A stretch of 64,000 bases of DNA, taken from NCBI GenBank assembly GCA_016198685.1, contig JACQID010000004.1, positions 224,001-288,000 on the forward strand, in the 5' to 3' direction. The stretch is from Candidatus Aenigmatarchaeota archaeon (GTDB lineage: Archaea; Aenigmatarchaeota; Aenigmatarchaeia; GW2011-AR5). The notes under the pieces were generated by a model. It saw nothing but the letters and a program-made list of their open reading frames with translations, was not told where the DNA came from and searched no databases. Positions within the stretch are counted from its first letter, which is position 1, and each line of letters starts with the position of its first letter. The position numbers were made by a program, and so were the translations under genes. Of the stretch, positions 1-11,035 are shown piece by piece.

Positions 1-1
1 G

Positions 2-676
2 ACGATAATTGTTGGAAAGTGCGTTGTTAATTATTACGGCCGTGCCGGTTCAGTGCTTCCTGAAGGCGAGAGGTTGATTATAATCAAGGAAGACGGCTCG
101 GTTCTTGTTCATCAGAAGGACAAGTATACGCCTGTGAATTATCAGCCGACTGGCTGTAATGTTCAGTGCATCATCAAAGGCGATTCACTCGCCATAATGT
201 CGCAGCGTAAGAGACCTAAGGAAGTTCTTCATGCATTTTTCAGCTCTATTCAATGCATAGCAAGCTTTGAGCTTCTTGATGATGAAAATATTACTCTGGT
301 GGGATCAGAGCGGGATCTTGCTCTTCAGATATTCCAACAGCCTGATATGATAGAAAAAGGACTTAAGATCACAGAGATAGAAAAAGCGGTGAGTTCAGGA
401 GAAATTGATCTTTTTGGAGAAGATTGCGAGGGTAAGCTTGTTATTATAGAACTCAAAAGAAAGAAAGTAGGCCTTGAATCAGTAAGCCAACTCAAGCGTT
501 ATACCGACGAGATACGGGGTGCCTATGGCAATAGGGCTGTCAGGGGGATGCTTTGTGCGCCAGCTCTTACAAAAAATGCGATGAGGCTTCTGCAAGCCGA
601 CGGTCTGGAATTTATAGAAATAAAACCCAGCATCATGACGTTCAAGAACGGTACGATGGGCGCCGGGAAACAATAG
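2..676 (+). CDS. nucS: Endonuclease NucS/EndoMS, 5'-partial (frame is open from the window start)
   Basis: GRAGSVLPEGERLIIIKEDGSVLVHQ N-terminus and the RecB-like IDLFGED..VIIELKR, QLKRY and RGMLCAP motifs. Confidence 0.92.
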   Translation, partial: TIIVGKCVVNYYGRAGSVLPEGERLIIIKEDGSVLVHQKDKYTPVNYQPTGCNVQCIIKGDSLAIMSQRKRPKEVLHAFFSSIQCIASFELLDDENITLVGSERDLALQIFQQPDMIEKGLKITEIEKAVSSGEIDLFGEDCEGKLVIIELKRKKVGLESVSQLKRYTDEIRGAYGNRAVRGMLCAPALTKNAMRLLQADGLEFIEIKPSIMTFKNGTMGAGKQ

Positions 677-709
677 CTTTTTTTATATTGCGGCCGTGCA
701 AATAATCGC

Positions 710-1507
710 ATGGACGTGACCAAGGCATCAGGCGAGCGCCAGCGGTTCCGGCCTGGCAAGATATACAACACGTGCAGGCGCGCAGGTGCTTCAAAAGAAA
801 TTACCGACAAAATAGTTCAGGAAGTAAAGTCGAAGCTCTACGATGGCATGCCTACAAGCGAAATATCAAAGATAGTTCTCAGGATGCTGCGACCGGAGGT
901 ATGTGCAGCTGCCAAATATCGCCTCAAGCAGGCGATAATGGAACTCGGTCCGGATGGCTTTGTCTTTGAGGAGTTCATAGCGTCGCTACTGCAGAGCTAT
1001 GGATTCAAGGCGCGGGTGGGGAGGATTTTCATGGGCAAATGCGTGGGGCATGAAGTTGACGTGCAGGCCGTGAAAGACAAGCGCTATATGGTGGAATGCA
1101 AATACCATAACTTTCGCGGTATCCATACTGACGTAAAGGTCGCAATGTATACAAATGCGCGTTTCCTTGATCTTTCGGAAGATTTTGACGCACCGTGGCT
1201 CATATGCAACACGAAGTTCACACCCGATGCCATAGCTTATGCCGAGTGTCAGGGGATAAAAATTACAGGATGGCGATATCCCGAAGGGTCTGGTCTGGAA
1301 TCCATGATAGAAGAGAAGAAGCATTATCCGGTGAGTGTATTACGTTCGGTTGACAGGAAGACAAGGAGTCTGCTGGCAGCAGCCGGCATAGTGACTGCCA
1401 GGGCCATTCTCGACAGCGGAGAGTCAGCGCTCAAAGAAGCAGGCATAGCTACTGACAAAACGCGGGCAATCATATCAGAAACCGAAAAAATCTGCGAATT
1501 ACAGTAA
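710..1507 (+). CDS. ATP-cone domain + Mrr-like PD-(D/E)xK nuclease, with a possible C-terminal HhH-like region
   Basis: N-terminal VTKASGERQRF..KIYNTCRRAG (ATP cone); FEEFIASLL..GY, HEVDVQA and VECKY motifs. Confidence 0.8.
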   Translation: MDVTKASGERQRFRPGKIYNTCRRAGASKEITDKIVQEVKSKLYDGMPTSEISKIVLRMLRPEVCAAAKYRLKQAIMELGPDGFVFEEFIASLLQSYGFKARVGRIFMGKCVGHEVDVQAVKDKRYMVECKYHNFRGIHTDVKVAMYTNARFLDLSEDFDAPWLICNTKFTPDAIAYAECQGIKITGWRYPEGSGLESMIEEKKHYPVSVLRSVDRKTRSLLAAAGIVTARAILDSGESALKEAGIATDKTRAIISETEKICELQ

Positions 1508-1581
1508 AGCAGATATAACAAAATTAAGATGAAAAAAATTCCGGGCGGTGCCTTGCGGACCGCCCTGGAAAAGAAGAATCC

Positions 1582-2613
1582 TTATGACAGGATGTCAACG
1601 CCAAGTTCGCTATTGGAGTTCTTGGATGCGCGTCTTGCGCCCTGTCCAAGTATGTATGGCGACTTCACGCCTGTCACGATGGTTATCACATGGATTTTGC
1701 CCTGATATTCGGGCAGTATCCTTGCGCCCCACATGACCATGGCATCCTTGGACATGTTCTTGGATACAGTTTCGCCTATGGTATTAATCTCCTCAAGCTT
1801 CATGTCATCTCCACCGATGATCTGGATAAGGGCACCGGAAGCGCCGGAATAGTCAACGTCAAGCAATGGATGCGCCATGGCTTTGTTGATCGCTATCTGC
1901 GCTCTGTTGTGGCCTGCATCGCTTTCAGCTTCGCCTACGCCTATTGTTGCAACGCCGCCTGATCGCATTATTGTTCTCACGTCTGCATAGTCAAGGTTGA
2001 CAAGGGAAGGCTGGGAAATTGTTTCTGTTATGCCTTTTATCATCGTGGCTATCAGGTTGTCTGCGACGCCAAATGCCTCTTTAAGAGGCCTGTTCCCTAC
2101 CATTTCCACGAGTTTCTGGTTTTCTATTACGATGACGGTGTCACAGAATTCTCTAAGCTTGGCAAGGCCTTCTTCAGCTTTTACTATCCTTGCGCCTTCT
2201 ATCTTGAATGGCAGGGTGACTGTAGCTATGACAATTGTGCCCTGTTCCTTGGCTATGCTGGCTATGACTGGAGCAGAACCTGTTCCGGTTCCGCCTCCAA
2301 GACCGCACGTGAGGAACAGAAGGTCGCATCCCTGCAAAAGCTGCTTTATTGTCTCCTTTGATTCTTTGGCTGCTTTCTCGCCGACGTCAGGGTAGCCGCC
2401 TGCTCCCAACCCTCTGGTAAGATCCTTTCCAATCAATATTCTCTTGTGGGCTCTTGTCACGTTCAGGTGCTTAGCGTCTGTATTAGCTGCTATAGTGTTA
2501 GCGCCCTCTATGTTGAGGTCTGTCAATCTTGTTATGGTGTTGCAGCCTGCGCCTCCACAACCGACCACAACTATCCTCGCTTGATCCATTTGTATGTCAA
2601 AATCGTCTGCCAT
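1582..2613 (-). CDS. ftsZ: Cell division protein FtsZ
   Basis: [18 protein letters not shown], tubulin signature [16 protein letters not shown]. Confidence 0.98.
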   Translation of the reverse strand: MADDFDIQMDQARIVVVGCGGAGCNTITRLTDLNIEGANTIAANTDAKHLNVTRAHKRILIGKDLTRGLGAGGYPDVGEKAAKESKETIKQLLQGCDLLFLTCGLGGGTGTGSAPVIASIAKEQGTIVIATVTLPFKIEGARIVKAEEGLAKLREFCDTVIVIENQKLVEMVGNRPLKEAFGVADNLIATMIKGITETISQPSLVNLDYADVRTIMRSGGVATIGVGEAESDAGHNRAQIAINKAMAHPLLDVDYSGASGALIQIIGGDDMKLEEINTIGETVSKNMSKDAMVMWGARILPEYQGKIHVITIVTGVKSPYILGQGARRASKNSNSELGVDILS

Positions 2614-3021
2614 GCATATTTCGCCTCCTATGTTTATTGAAATATATGTTGCAGTATAAAAATACTATTTATACCGGAAGCATATACTTCGCTTAAGGAG
2701 CTTCAAAAATAGTAACAACCAGAAGTTCATGCATGCTTGTTCAAATCTCTTGGTCGGGCTTTGAACAAGCTTATTTTTCTCTCCTACATAATATACTTTT
2801 CTATGCTCGAAGATTCATTTTAATAAAAGCCAATCCAATATCACTTATTCGAATCTAAATTTGGCGTTATTTATAGGCGAGATGTATTATAATGATGTGA
2901 AAAACGCCGAAAGAATAGAGAAACAATCAGCAGAAATGATGTCTATGCTTGTAGAAATGGAAAATTACATACATAAAGTTGTGAAATAGGATAGAAAGCT
3001 TCTTGAAAAATTGGCAAAATA

Positions 3022-3276
3022 TTAACCTATATATCCGTTTTTTAGCTCCTCTTCTATATGAATATCCATATCTTTATCTAGGTTTTCACTTTTCTGGCGG
3101 AGCCATGCTTCTATTTCTTCGCGGGTTTTCAAGCCTGCGGCGACTTCCACTATGAAATGATAGTCTTTAGCATAGTTCGTTTTCAAATGGAATTTATTTG
3201 TATAAAGTATGATTTTGATGAGAATGTATGTAGTTCTTTTGTTACCGTCAACAAATATATGATAATTGTATGCCAT
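3022..3276 (-). pseudogene. N-terminally truncated Fic/Doc (death-on-curing) family fragment
   Basis: HIFVDGNKRT Doc motif at residue 6; the upstream frame is open to about 3434 but has no ATG and no Doc-like N-terminus. Confidence 0.65.
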
Positions 3277-3577
3277 TTTGAGAAAGAAGCCGGCAAGTCC
3301 GGGAAAGATAGTGCATAATATGGCAATAAATGCTACTTCCCATCGCCAGAAAATCAGAAGGTTGCCACCGGCAGAATCAATGAAGGCAATCTTAATTTTG
3401 CTGCTTGGGAGATGGCAGAAATTATAAAAAACTTACACGAAGGAAAAGCCATCAGAAAAATATCGCGTATTTTTTGTAGAAGCTCCTTTTGACTTGATGT
3501 CGTTATCTAAATATGATCATCGTTGTATAAAAGTCGTTGTAGGGAACCTATTTATTCAGCCGCGCAGAATTTTAAAT

Positions 3578-3955
3578 ATGAATAAGGTTTTGCCATCAAT
3601 AATATTCATAGTTCTGATATCCTTGCTTTACTTTACAGGCGGTTCTTTGAATTGTGTTTCAGTTGCAGGGTCGACAGAATGCTGGTCGTTTTCAGACAGA
3701 AATATAACCTCTGAATTTTGTGCTAATAATGCAACAACCTGTTTTGCAACGGTTAACGATCAGAGGTATAACGCCCATATATCTGTACTTCTGAAAGCCT
3801 GCGATAAAGCCAGAAATGAAAATTATGCAGTTGAGAGTACAAATGATGCTATAGAGAATACTTTGACCGGCCTATTTAATGAATCTATTGAAACAAGAAA
3901 TCTATGCGATAATGCTGCTCCCTATTTAGTTTATCGGGAATACGGCTTTTCCTGA
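3578..3955 (+). CDS. Hypothetical exported or membrane-anchored Cys-containing protein
   Basis: ATG at 3578 followed by hydrophobic VLPSIIFIVLISLLYF; six Cys; several NxS/T sequons. Confidence 0.6.
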   Translation: MNKVLPSIIFIVLISLLYFTGGSLNCVSVAGSTECWSFSDRNITSEFCANNATTCFATVNDQRYNAHISVLLKACDKARNENYAVESTNDAIENTLTGLFNESIETRNLCDNAAPYLVYREYGFS

Positions 3956-4000
3956 AACATAAACTAATTTTAATCTCAAAATAGCAACTTGCATAAAGAT

Positions 4001-4252
4001 CTAACGTCTCTTATGTCTATCTTCTGGTACCGCGTCAAATTCTTTTTGTCTGCTTTTAATCCATTTTTTCATTGTATCAGGATTATTCATACCATCTTTC
4101 ATTTTTTTCATTGCTTCTATATGATCTTTATCATGCTTTTGATACATTTCCATGCCATGATTTTTGCTCATTTCGGCGATTTCATCAAATGTTTCGGCAT
4201 GAAACTCTTTCTCACAAGTTCCTCCGAGTTGCTTACATGTCATTGTTTTCAC
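4001..4252 (-). CDS. DUF1059-family small protein
   Basis: MKTMTCKQLGGTCEKEFHAETFDEI..H pattern. Confidence 0.75.
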   Translation of the reverse strand: MKTMTCKQLGGTCEKEFHAETFDEIAEMSKNHGMEMYQKHDKDHIEAMKKMKDGMNNPDTMKKWIKSRQKEFDAVPEDRHKRR

Positions 4253-4354
4253 AGTATATCACCTTTCATTTGGCTAATGGATGTTGATTTTTAATATATA
4301 TTTACGTAGTGGTATTAAGCACAGGTTTTTATAAATTCGTCCCGAAGTCTTTAT

Positions 4355-5029
4355 ATGAAGATACTAGTTTTCTCGGCGCATCCTGATGATGCAGATTTCG
4401 GCTGCGGCGGGACGGTTGCAAAAAAAGCTGCTGAAGGCCACGAAATCCATTATGTAGTTGCGACTGGCGGCCAAAAAGGCAAACACGGTATAGACGCGTC
4501 TTCTGAACAGTTTGCCCTTATGCGGGAGGAAGAACAGCGAAACTCTGCTGCCATATTAGGCGTGAAAAGCGTGATGTTCCTGAAGTTTGTTGATGGCGAG
4601 CTCGAAAATAATGATGAGCTGAGGCGCTGGCTCGTCCATGCGATAAGAGAGAAGAAGCCTGACATTCTTATGTCCATGGATCCTTCTGCCCAAAAATTTG
4701 ATAGTGTCTACCGTTATCATAAAGATCATAGAACCATAGCTATGGCGGTATTTGATGCCGGATATCCTGCAGCCGGGAACAATAATTTTTATCCTGAGAC
4801 GGGAGAGCCTTGGACACCGAAGGAATTCTGGTTTTTTGGGGGAGAACCTAATCATCATGAAGATACGACAAGCTTCATCAATACAAAAATAATGGCATTG
4901 CTTTGCCATAAATCGCAGGTCAACCCTGAAGAAATGGAAAAATGGGTCCGGCAATGGGCAGAAGATACGGGAAAGAACGCCGGAATGCCATATGCAGAGG
5001 CGTTTAGAATATTAAGTTTCAATAGATAA
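4355..5029 (+). CDS. PIG-L/LmbE family deacetylase
   Basis: AHPDDADFGCGGT, REEEQR, YHKDH and CHKSQ motifs. Confidence 0.92.
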   Translation: MKILVFSAHPDDADFGCGGTVAKKAAEGHEIHYVVATGGQKGKHGIDASSEQFALMREEEQRNSAAILGVKSVMFLKFVDGELENNDELRRWLVHAIREKKPDILMSMDPSAQKFDSVYRYHKDHRTIAMAVFDAGYPAAGNNNFYPETGEPWTPKEFWFFGGEPNHHEDTTSFINTKIMALLCHKSQVNPEEMEKWVRQWAEDTGKNAGMPYAEAFRILSFNR

Positions 5030-5061
5030 AGCTTAATTAGAGAGCAAAAGAGAGGATATAG

Positions 5062-5490
5062 ATGGAAAAGCTGAAGAGCAAGATAGTAGTGCTCAATTCG
5101 CTTCGATCCCATTTCTTTCTTGTTTTCAACGTGCCATTGCTCTTGATAATGCTTTATCTTGTAGCTTATGCGCCGAACGGCCATATACCCGGACTTCTTT
5201 TGATAGCAGGATTGTGGATTGTCATGATGCTTGTAATAAACAAGGTCGAAATACTTCAGAATTATGTGATTATAGAACCATGGGCGAGCGCGCTTTCTAA
5301 GGCCGGACTGAAATCCATAATAGAAAAGAAGCAGATAAAATCGGTTGAATATCTTCCTGGTGGCAGGTTCACAGGCGAGATGATAATTAAATATGTCGAT
5401 GATAGCAAGGAGAAGAAACTTTACGTGGGCATAACTGAGAATGGCGCAGGCGACATAAAGGTCATCCGGCACTTCTTCAGGAATAAATAA
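5062..5490 (+). CDS. Hypothetical membrane protein (2 TM + soluble domain)
   Basis: Two hydrophobic segments; fits between co-directional genes. Confidence 0.6.
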   Translation: MEKLKSKIVVLNSLRSHFFLVFNVPLLLIMLYLVAYAPNGHIPGLLLIAGLWIVMMLVINKVEILQNYVIIEPWASALSKAGLKSIIEKKQIKSVEYLPGGRFTGEMIIKYVDDSKEKKLYVGITENGAGDIKVIRHFFRNK

Positions 5491-5517
5491 TAATTCATAC
5501 GACGGTGAAAATAAGCC

Positions 5518-6597
5518 ATGAAAGAAAGAATAAAGAAGATTTTTTCCTCGTCAAACGCCGATGCGTTCATAATAGTCAATGGTTCGCATCCGTCCCTTGA
5601 TCCTAATTTCTTCTATGCGAGTGGCATACTTTCAGGGGTATTCGAGCACTCGATGATAATTGCGCAAAAAGCCGGCAAGGCAACGCTGCTTACTTCCCGG
5701 CTGGAAGAGGATATAGCGAGAAAGGAGACATCTCTTGATGTTCAGGTCTTTGAGTCAAAAGAAACGAAGGAAGCTGCTATAAGGAGCCTGCTTTCCGGCA
5801 CAAAGGCAGTAGGACTGAGCGGCAGTTTCATCTCTTATAGGGATTTCAATCGGCTGTCTAAAATAATCAACGTGAAAATGAAAGATATGACAGCGGCCTT
5901 TGCCCATGCCCGTTCGATTAAAGACCCGAGGGAAATAAAATCAATAACTGCAGCCTGCAGGATATCTGCAAAGGCGGCAGAAGAGTTTCCCGGTTATCTC
6001 AAAGAAGGCGTCACGGAAAGGGAAATGGCAGCAAAGCTTGCCGAACTTCAGTACGCGTTTGGCGCGACAAGCATAGCATTCCCTCCTATAGTGGCTTTTG
6101 GCGAGAACGCTTCAAGGCCGCATCATACGGCTTCATTGCGGAAATTGAAGAAAAACGAATTTGTGCTGATAGATTTCGGGGCTGAATACATGCGATATGC
6201 CTCCGATCTTTCACGGACTTTTGTGTTTGGAAGGGCGTCTGAGACAATGAAATCGATGTATATGGCCGTGAAGGAAGCCCAGGATGCTGCGATGGATATC
6301 ATCCGAGAAGGCAAAAATGGAAGGGATGCTGACAGAGAGGCCCGCAGGATAATTGACAGAAATTTCAAAGGCAAATTCATCCATTCCTTAGGGCATGAGG
6401 TCGGCCTTGAAATTCATGACGGCGGTGTTCTGGGACCGAACGGCAGTTTCCCCCTTAAGAAAAACATGGTAGTCACGAATGAACCCGGAGTATATATCCC
6501 GCAGATTGGCGGCGTACGAATAGAGGATACGGTTCTTGTCGGCAAAGGCCGTCCGAAAATACTTACGGCTTCAAGCACGGATTTGCAGGAAATCTAA
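5518..6597 (+). CDS. pepQ: Xaa-Pro aminopeptidase (M24)
   Basis: PHH, IDFGA..Y.SDLSRT, HSLGHEVGLEIHD, TNEPGVY and GVRIED metal ligands. Confidence 0.93.
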   Translation: MKERIKKIFSSSNADAFIIVNGSHPSLDPNFFYASGILSGVFEHSMIIAQKAGKATLLTSRLEEDIARKETSLDVQVFESKETKEAAIRSLLSGTKAVGLSGSFISYRDFNRLSKIINVKMKDMTAAFAHARSIKDPREIKSITAACRISAKAAEEFPGYLKEGVTEREMAAKLAELQYAFGATSIAFPPIVAFGENASRPHHTASLRKLKKNEFVLIDFGAEYMRYASDLSRTFVFGRASETMKSMYMAVKEAQDAAMDIIREGKNGRDADREARRIIDRNFKGKFIHSLGHEVGLEIHDGGVLGPNGSFPLKKNMVVTNEPGVYIPQIGGVRIEDTVLVGKGRPKILTASSTDLQEI

Positions 6598-7791
6598 TTA
6601 TCTGCTGGTCACTATTTCGACAACATCGCCGGATTTCAATGCATGTTCCTTTCCTACTACCATTCTTGTCTTGACGTCTATGGCGCGGATGAAGGCCTTG
6701 CCTATATCCGTGTGTATTTTGTATGCAAAATCAAGCGCTGTAGATTTTGGCGGAAGAAGGAAGCAGTCGGGAAGAACATTGCCCTCCCTGTCCTGAAGCT
6801 TGTTGAGTCCGCCGGGGAATATATACATATATTGCAGCATCCCGAACACGGCTTCATTAAGCACGTCCTGAACTCCTGTCGTTCCGTATTTCTCAAGAAC
6901 GTTCTTTCTTATGAATTCAAGTGCCGCTTTCTGCTTTTCATTCATAGATTCGGGCTTCCTTAGGACAAAGTCATTTTCACCTGGTATGTAATTTATCATC
7001 TCAAGCCTGTGCGCTTCTCTCAAGGCCAGCTCAGACTCCGCCGAGCATGGTATTATTTTTAGGTGCGGGAACTGTTCCTTCAGCCTTAGAAGATTTTTTT
7101 CAGCGTCTCCCTTGTCCATCTTGTTCGCGGCAATTATCATGGGCTTTGTCTTCTTTCTAAGATAGCTGGAAAGCGCAAGCATCTGTTCGTCAGTCCATAA
7201 CGACACGTTTTCGGTGTCAAGCCTCAGTGCGGTGACGGCTTCGTTCATAAGCTCTTCCTTGACGCTGAATGCCGACATTTGCTCTGCAAGCTCTTTTGCA
7301 ATCTCCTTTTCGCCGTGCTGTAATGTGCGGGAAAACTTGGCCCAACCCTTCTTGAGTATGCCAAGATACCAGTAGTCGAGTTCTTCTTCAAGAAATTTCA
7401 CGTCTTCCGCAGGATCATAGCGTTGCGTGCGCTCGCCTTTCTCGTTTGTTGTGCCGGAAGCATCTATGACATGTATGAGAACATCAGCCTGGTTCAAGTC
7501 ATTAAGGAACTGGTTGCCCATGCCTTTGCCTTCGTGCGCGCCTGGAACAAGGCCGGCAACGTCTATCATGTCTATAGGCACAAACCGCGTGCCGCTTATG
7601 CAGTATCCGTAGCGCGGATTGCACTTGACGTTGAAATGTTTTTCAGCGCATGTGACTTTGACAAAGCCAACGCTGTGATTGGGTTCGATCGTTGCGAAAG
7701 GATAATCCGCTATTTTAACTTCGGCAAGAGTAGATGCCTTGAAGAAAGTGCTCTTCCCTACGTTTGGCTTTCCTACAACCCCGACTAACAT
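6598..7791 (-). CDS. ychF: Archaeal YchF/Obg-family translation-associated NTPase with TGS domain
   Basis: [31 protein letters not shown] and a C-terminal HTDIG TGS domain. Confidence 0.93.
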   Translation of the reverse strand: MLVGVVGKPNVGKSTFFKASTLAEVKIADYPFATIEPNHSVGFVKVTCAEKHFNVKCNPRYGYCISGTRFVPIDMIDVAGLVPGAHEGKGMGNQFLNDLNQADVLIHVIDASGTTNEKGERTQRYDPAEDVKFLEEELDYWYLGILKKGWAKFSRTLQHGEKEIAKELAEQMSAFSVKEELMNEAVTALRLDTENVSLWTDEQMLALSSYLRKKTKPMIIAANKMDKGDAEKNLLRLKEQFPHLKIIPCSAESELALREAHRLEMINYIPGENDFVLRKPESMNEKQKAALEFIRKNVLEKYGTTGVQDVLNEAVFGMLQYMYIFPGGLNKLQDREGNVLPDCFLLPPKSTALDFAYKIHTDIGKAFIRAIDVKTRMVVGKEHALKSGDVVEIVTSR

Positions 7792-7840
7792 GACTACAGA
7801 CTCTTTGGATATTTTAAATAGGTTGTATGCGCAGGATTTT

Positions 7841-8341
7841 TCAGATATTATCCAGTTCCGCCATATTTTTTATGATATCACTGAAAGCAGAAGGCGGTTC
7901 CTTGATAGAAGGAAGGATATTAAAATAATACGCAAGTTCTGTGACGGCATTGGGATTCTTGGAGGGGGATAGTATTCCGAAATGGCCTTCTTCATCCAAT
8001 ATCGCCAGCCTTTCATCCTTGTTATTATATACAATCCTAAGGGTCATGTTCCCGTTTTCCGTGTAAATGCCGACTTCGGTTATTTCATAATTCGGCGGAA
8101 GCTGGCGCCATGCTTTGCCTATATCAGTGCCATTGTGGCGCTTATCTAAAAACAGCATATACCACGGATCCCTGTGAAGTTCATCGATATTGCCATCTGC
8201 GGGAACATAGAGCCCGCAGGCATGCGGCACGTAATTGTGGCTTTTTGCTATACGATAAGCCGTGGGACTCATGCCGGCCTTTGCCATTTCTGTTAAAACT
8301 CGGCTTTTATTATTGTCCAAATCCTCGACCAATTTTAGCAT
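7841..8341 (-). CDS. Hypothetical protein
   Basis: 166-aa ORF co-directional with its neighbours; no recognised motif. Confidence 0.55.
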   Translation of the reverse strand: MLKLVEDLDNNKSRVLTEMAKAGMSPTAYRIAKSHNYVPHACGLYVPADGNIDELHRDPWYMLFLDKRHNGTDIGKAWRQLPPNYEITEVGIYTENGNMTLRIVYNNKDERLAILDEEGHFGILSPSKNPNAVTELAYYFNILPSIKEPPSAFSDIIKNMAELDNI

Positions 8342-8374
8342 TTATCATTATGCCTGCTGAATATAATAAAGCTT

Positions 8375-11005
8375 TTATCTTATTTTTTCTAAGCCTAAAA
8401 AGTAATCCACGATCGCCTTCTTGTTTGCATGGAGCCATTTGGCAGAGCGTTTGAGACGTTCAAATGCCCTGTCCGTTACTGCCTTGTATTTTACGGGATG
8501 CGATGCAAAGAAATCCCGGAGATGCTGTTCTTGTGTCACATGGGCATTGATGAAATATTCTATTATGTTAAGAAACACGGGGCCGGATTTGCTGTATTTT
8601 TCTATAGAAGCCCAATTTTTCTCCATCCATGCAATAAGTATTGTTCTTGAAGACGGATTCGCGGCAAGGGATGCAAATACCGCAGGCAAGTCCTGAATTC
8701 GTGCCTTTCCAGAAACTGAAAAATCCAACAATTTATTCAAGAGTTTCGGATCTGTAAACTGGCCCATCGCAAGCAGTGCGTTTGATCTTTCTTCCGGATT
8801 CCGGGTTTCTTGGCATATATGCATCATGGCATTATGCCTCTGTTCGCCGCCGGCTAGAGCCGCTGCATACATGGCAGGATAGCGAAGGTCCGGGGGAATT
8901 GACGAAATACTGGCCGCATTCCTGTCGAACATTTCAACTGCTTTCTTCATTGTGCCTTCATCTTTGACAAAAATCAGGTATCGTATTGCAAGTTCGCGCA
9001 TTAAAGCATCTTCTTGCGGCTCGTTTCTTCGTGCGTTCCATGTAAGTTTCTCCAAATTTCTTCTGTAAGGCTCCATATAGTGCTTGGAGAATCCGTGCCA
9101 TGCCTTTTTCCATTCAGGTTCTTCTGAAAAGACCGAATGTATGCTGCGCATGTTGGCAGATATGCTTCCGAGTATCAGGTATGTATCTTCATTTCCGTAT
9201 GATCCCAAGATTTCAAGGTATTCCTTCAACGGCATCATGCCGTTAAGCGAGAGCCTGAAAATATCATCTTGTAAACCCCAGCGGTCTAGCGGATCTAATT
9301 GCTTGTTTTGGACAAGCATCATCATCTTGGCAGAGTTTTCCTTGTCATAGCTGACCCTGTAAAATCCTGTTTGGCCGTAGTTGGCTTTGAACCATCCTGC
9401 GCTGTCGAGATTCATTTCTACGGTTTTGTTGCTTATCATATGCCTTACTGGAGCTTTCAGCCCCTCTGCCATGACTATAAGCGGTATCTTCCATGTCGTT
9501 GCGCCGTCCTTGCCGCCGAATACAAAACGTTTCTGCATGACGTGGAGCTTGCCTCTTTTCATCGATGCCTCAACCATCGGGTAGCCTGCCTGCTTTATCC
9601 AGCTTATTACGATATCCTTGGCCGGTTTCTCCGAGACTGCCGCAAGCGAGTCCCAGAGATCCTCTGAAGATGCATTGCCGTATTTATGGGCCTCAAGATA
9701 TCTGCTGACCCCTATTCTGAATGCATCATGCCCCAAATAATCCTCTATCATCCTCAGTATGTTGCCGCCTTTGGCATAACTTATTGCATCAAAAAGCTGT
9801 TCGATTTCGTGAACATTCTTTACATTCGCTTCTATAGGATGAGTTGTCTTGAGAGAATCATCGTCCAGTGCCCTCACAGTTTCAAGCCTGAGAAAATCTT
9901 CCCACATGTTCCATTCGGGGAACATATGATCGACTGCCTTGTATGCCATGAAAGTGGCAAAGCTCTCGTTAAGCCACAGATCATTCCACCATTTCATGGT
10001 CACAAGATCTCCTGACCACTGATGCCAGAGCTCGTGCGCAACTATCATGGCTATGAATTTCTTGGTTGATGTCGAAGTTTTCTTTTCATCGTACAGAAGG
10101 TATATTTCCCTGAATGTGACAGCGCCCCAATTCTCCATTGCACCGCTGGAGAAATCCGGCAATGCTATCATGTCGAGTTTCGGAAGAGGATACGGAATGC
10201 TGGAATATTTCTCAAAGTATAAAAGAGCTTTTTTGGCAACATCAAGCGCAAACTTAGCTCCACCTTTCTTGTTGCCTACTGTCGCAACACGTATTAGGGT
10301 GTTATCAGCCCTGGTTTCTTCGAAGTCAAACTCCCCGATACCAAGATAAAGAAGGTATGTGGACATTACCGGCGTTTTTTGGAACAAAATTATCTTCTTT
10401 TCGTTTTCAAGCGTCTCCTTTTTTGCAGGCATATTGGATATACCCGTGAACTTTTTTCCCATCTTCAGCGTCACATCAAAACTTGCCTTATAATTTGGCT
10501 CGTCAAAGCAGGGGAACGCGCGTCTCGCATAAGGCGCCTCAAAATGCGTTGTCGCAGCGTATCTTAATGATCCATCCGGCATCACTACCTTGGTTCTGTA
10601 GAATCCGACCAGGCTATCGTTTAATTTTCCCCTGAATTCCAGCAGGATTTCGGCTTTGCCTCTTATTTTTTCAGGCAATTTAAGAATCAATATCTGGTTT
10701 TCCGGCTGCATTTCAACGCGTGCAGGAAGTATTTTGTTGTTCACTAATATGGCGGCTGTTGTTATTTTCAGATCCAGCGCATTAAGAATTATGGCTTTTG
10801 CGGGAGCAGATATGTCTATTGCTATTCTCTCCTTTCCGGAAAAGGAGAAATTTTCCATATCAACGTCAAAGATCATATCGTAATTGGACGGTTGAACAGT
10901 ATCCGGAAGCCTGTGCATTATTTTAGGCATTCTATGATATTGTTCTTTTGAGCATAAGAATGCAGGAATTACGAGACTCCTGTGCCAGTCTTCGCAATCA
11001 TGCAA
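8375..11005 (-). CDS. pepN: M1 aminopeptidase with ERAP1-like C-terminal domain (real start probably 10930)
   Basis: GAMENWG, HELWH..(18)..E, YAKGG. Confidence 0.94.
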   Translation of the reverse strand: MHDCEDWHRSLVIPAFLCSKEQYHRMPKIMHRLPDTVQPSNYDMIFDVDMENFSFSGKERIAIDISAPAKAIILNALDLKITTAAILVNNKILPARVEMQPENQILILKLPEKIRGKAEILLEFRGKLNDSLVGFYRTKVVMPDGSLRYAATTHFEAPYARRAFPCFDEPNYKASFDVTLKMGKKFTGISNMPAKKETLENEKKIILFQKTPVMSTYLLYLGIGEFDFEETRADNTLIRVATVGNKKGGAKFALDVAKKALLYFEKYSSIPYPLPKLDMIALPDFSSGAMENWGAVTFREIYLLYDEKKTSTSTKKFIAMIVAHELWHQWSGDLVTMKWWNDLWLNESFATFMAYKAVDHMFPEWNMWEDFLRLETVRALDDDSLKTTHPIEANVKNVHEIEQLFDAISYAKGGNILRMIEDYLGHDAFRIGVSRYLEAHKYGNASSEDLWDSLAAVSEKPAKDIVISWIKQAGYPMVEASMKRGKLHVMQKRFVFGGKDGATTWKIPLIVMAEGLKAPVRHMISNKTVEMNLDSAGWFKANYGQTGFYRVSYDKENSAKMMMLVQNKQLDPLDRWGLQDDIFRLSLNGMMPLKEYLEILGSYGNEDTYLILGSISANMRSIHSVFSEEPEWKKAWHGFSKHYMEPYRRNLEKLTWNARRNEPQEDALMRELAIRYLIFVKDEGTMKKAVEMFDRNAASISSIPPDLRYPAMYAAALAGGEQRHNAMMHICQETRNPEERSNALLAMGQFTDPKLLNKLLDFSVSGKARIQDLPAVFASLAANPSSRTILIAWMEKNWASIEKYSKSGPVFLNIIEYFINAHVTQEQHLRDFFASHPVKYKAVTDRAFERLKRSAKWLHANKKAIVDYFLGLEKIR

Positions 11006-11035
11006 TATTAGAGGTTTAACGCCATTATAATTACC

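Noticed and set aside
2700-2990. Possible HEPN-like remnant on the plus strand (EQAYFSLLH...)
   Set aside because: It needs frameshifts, has no start and no RxxxxH motif; resemblance too weak
4855-5472. 205-aa minus-strand ORF
   Set aside because: Overlaps two better-supported plus-strand genes
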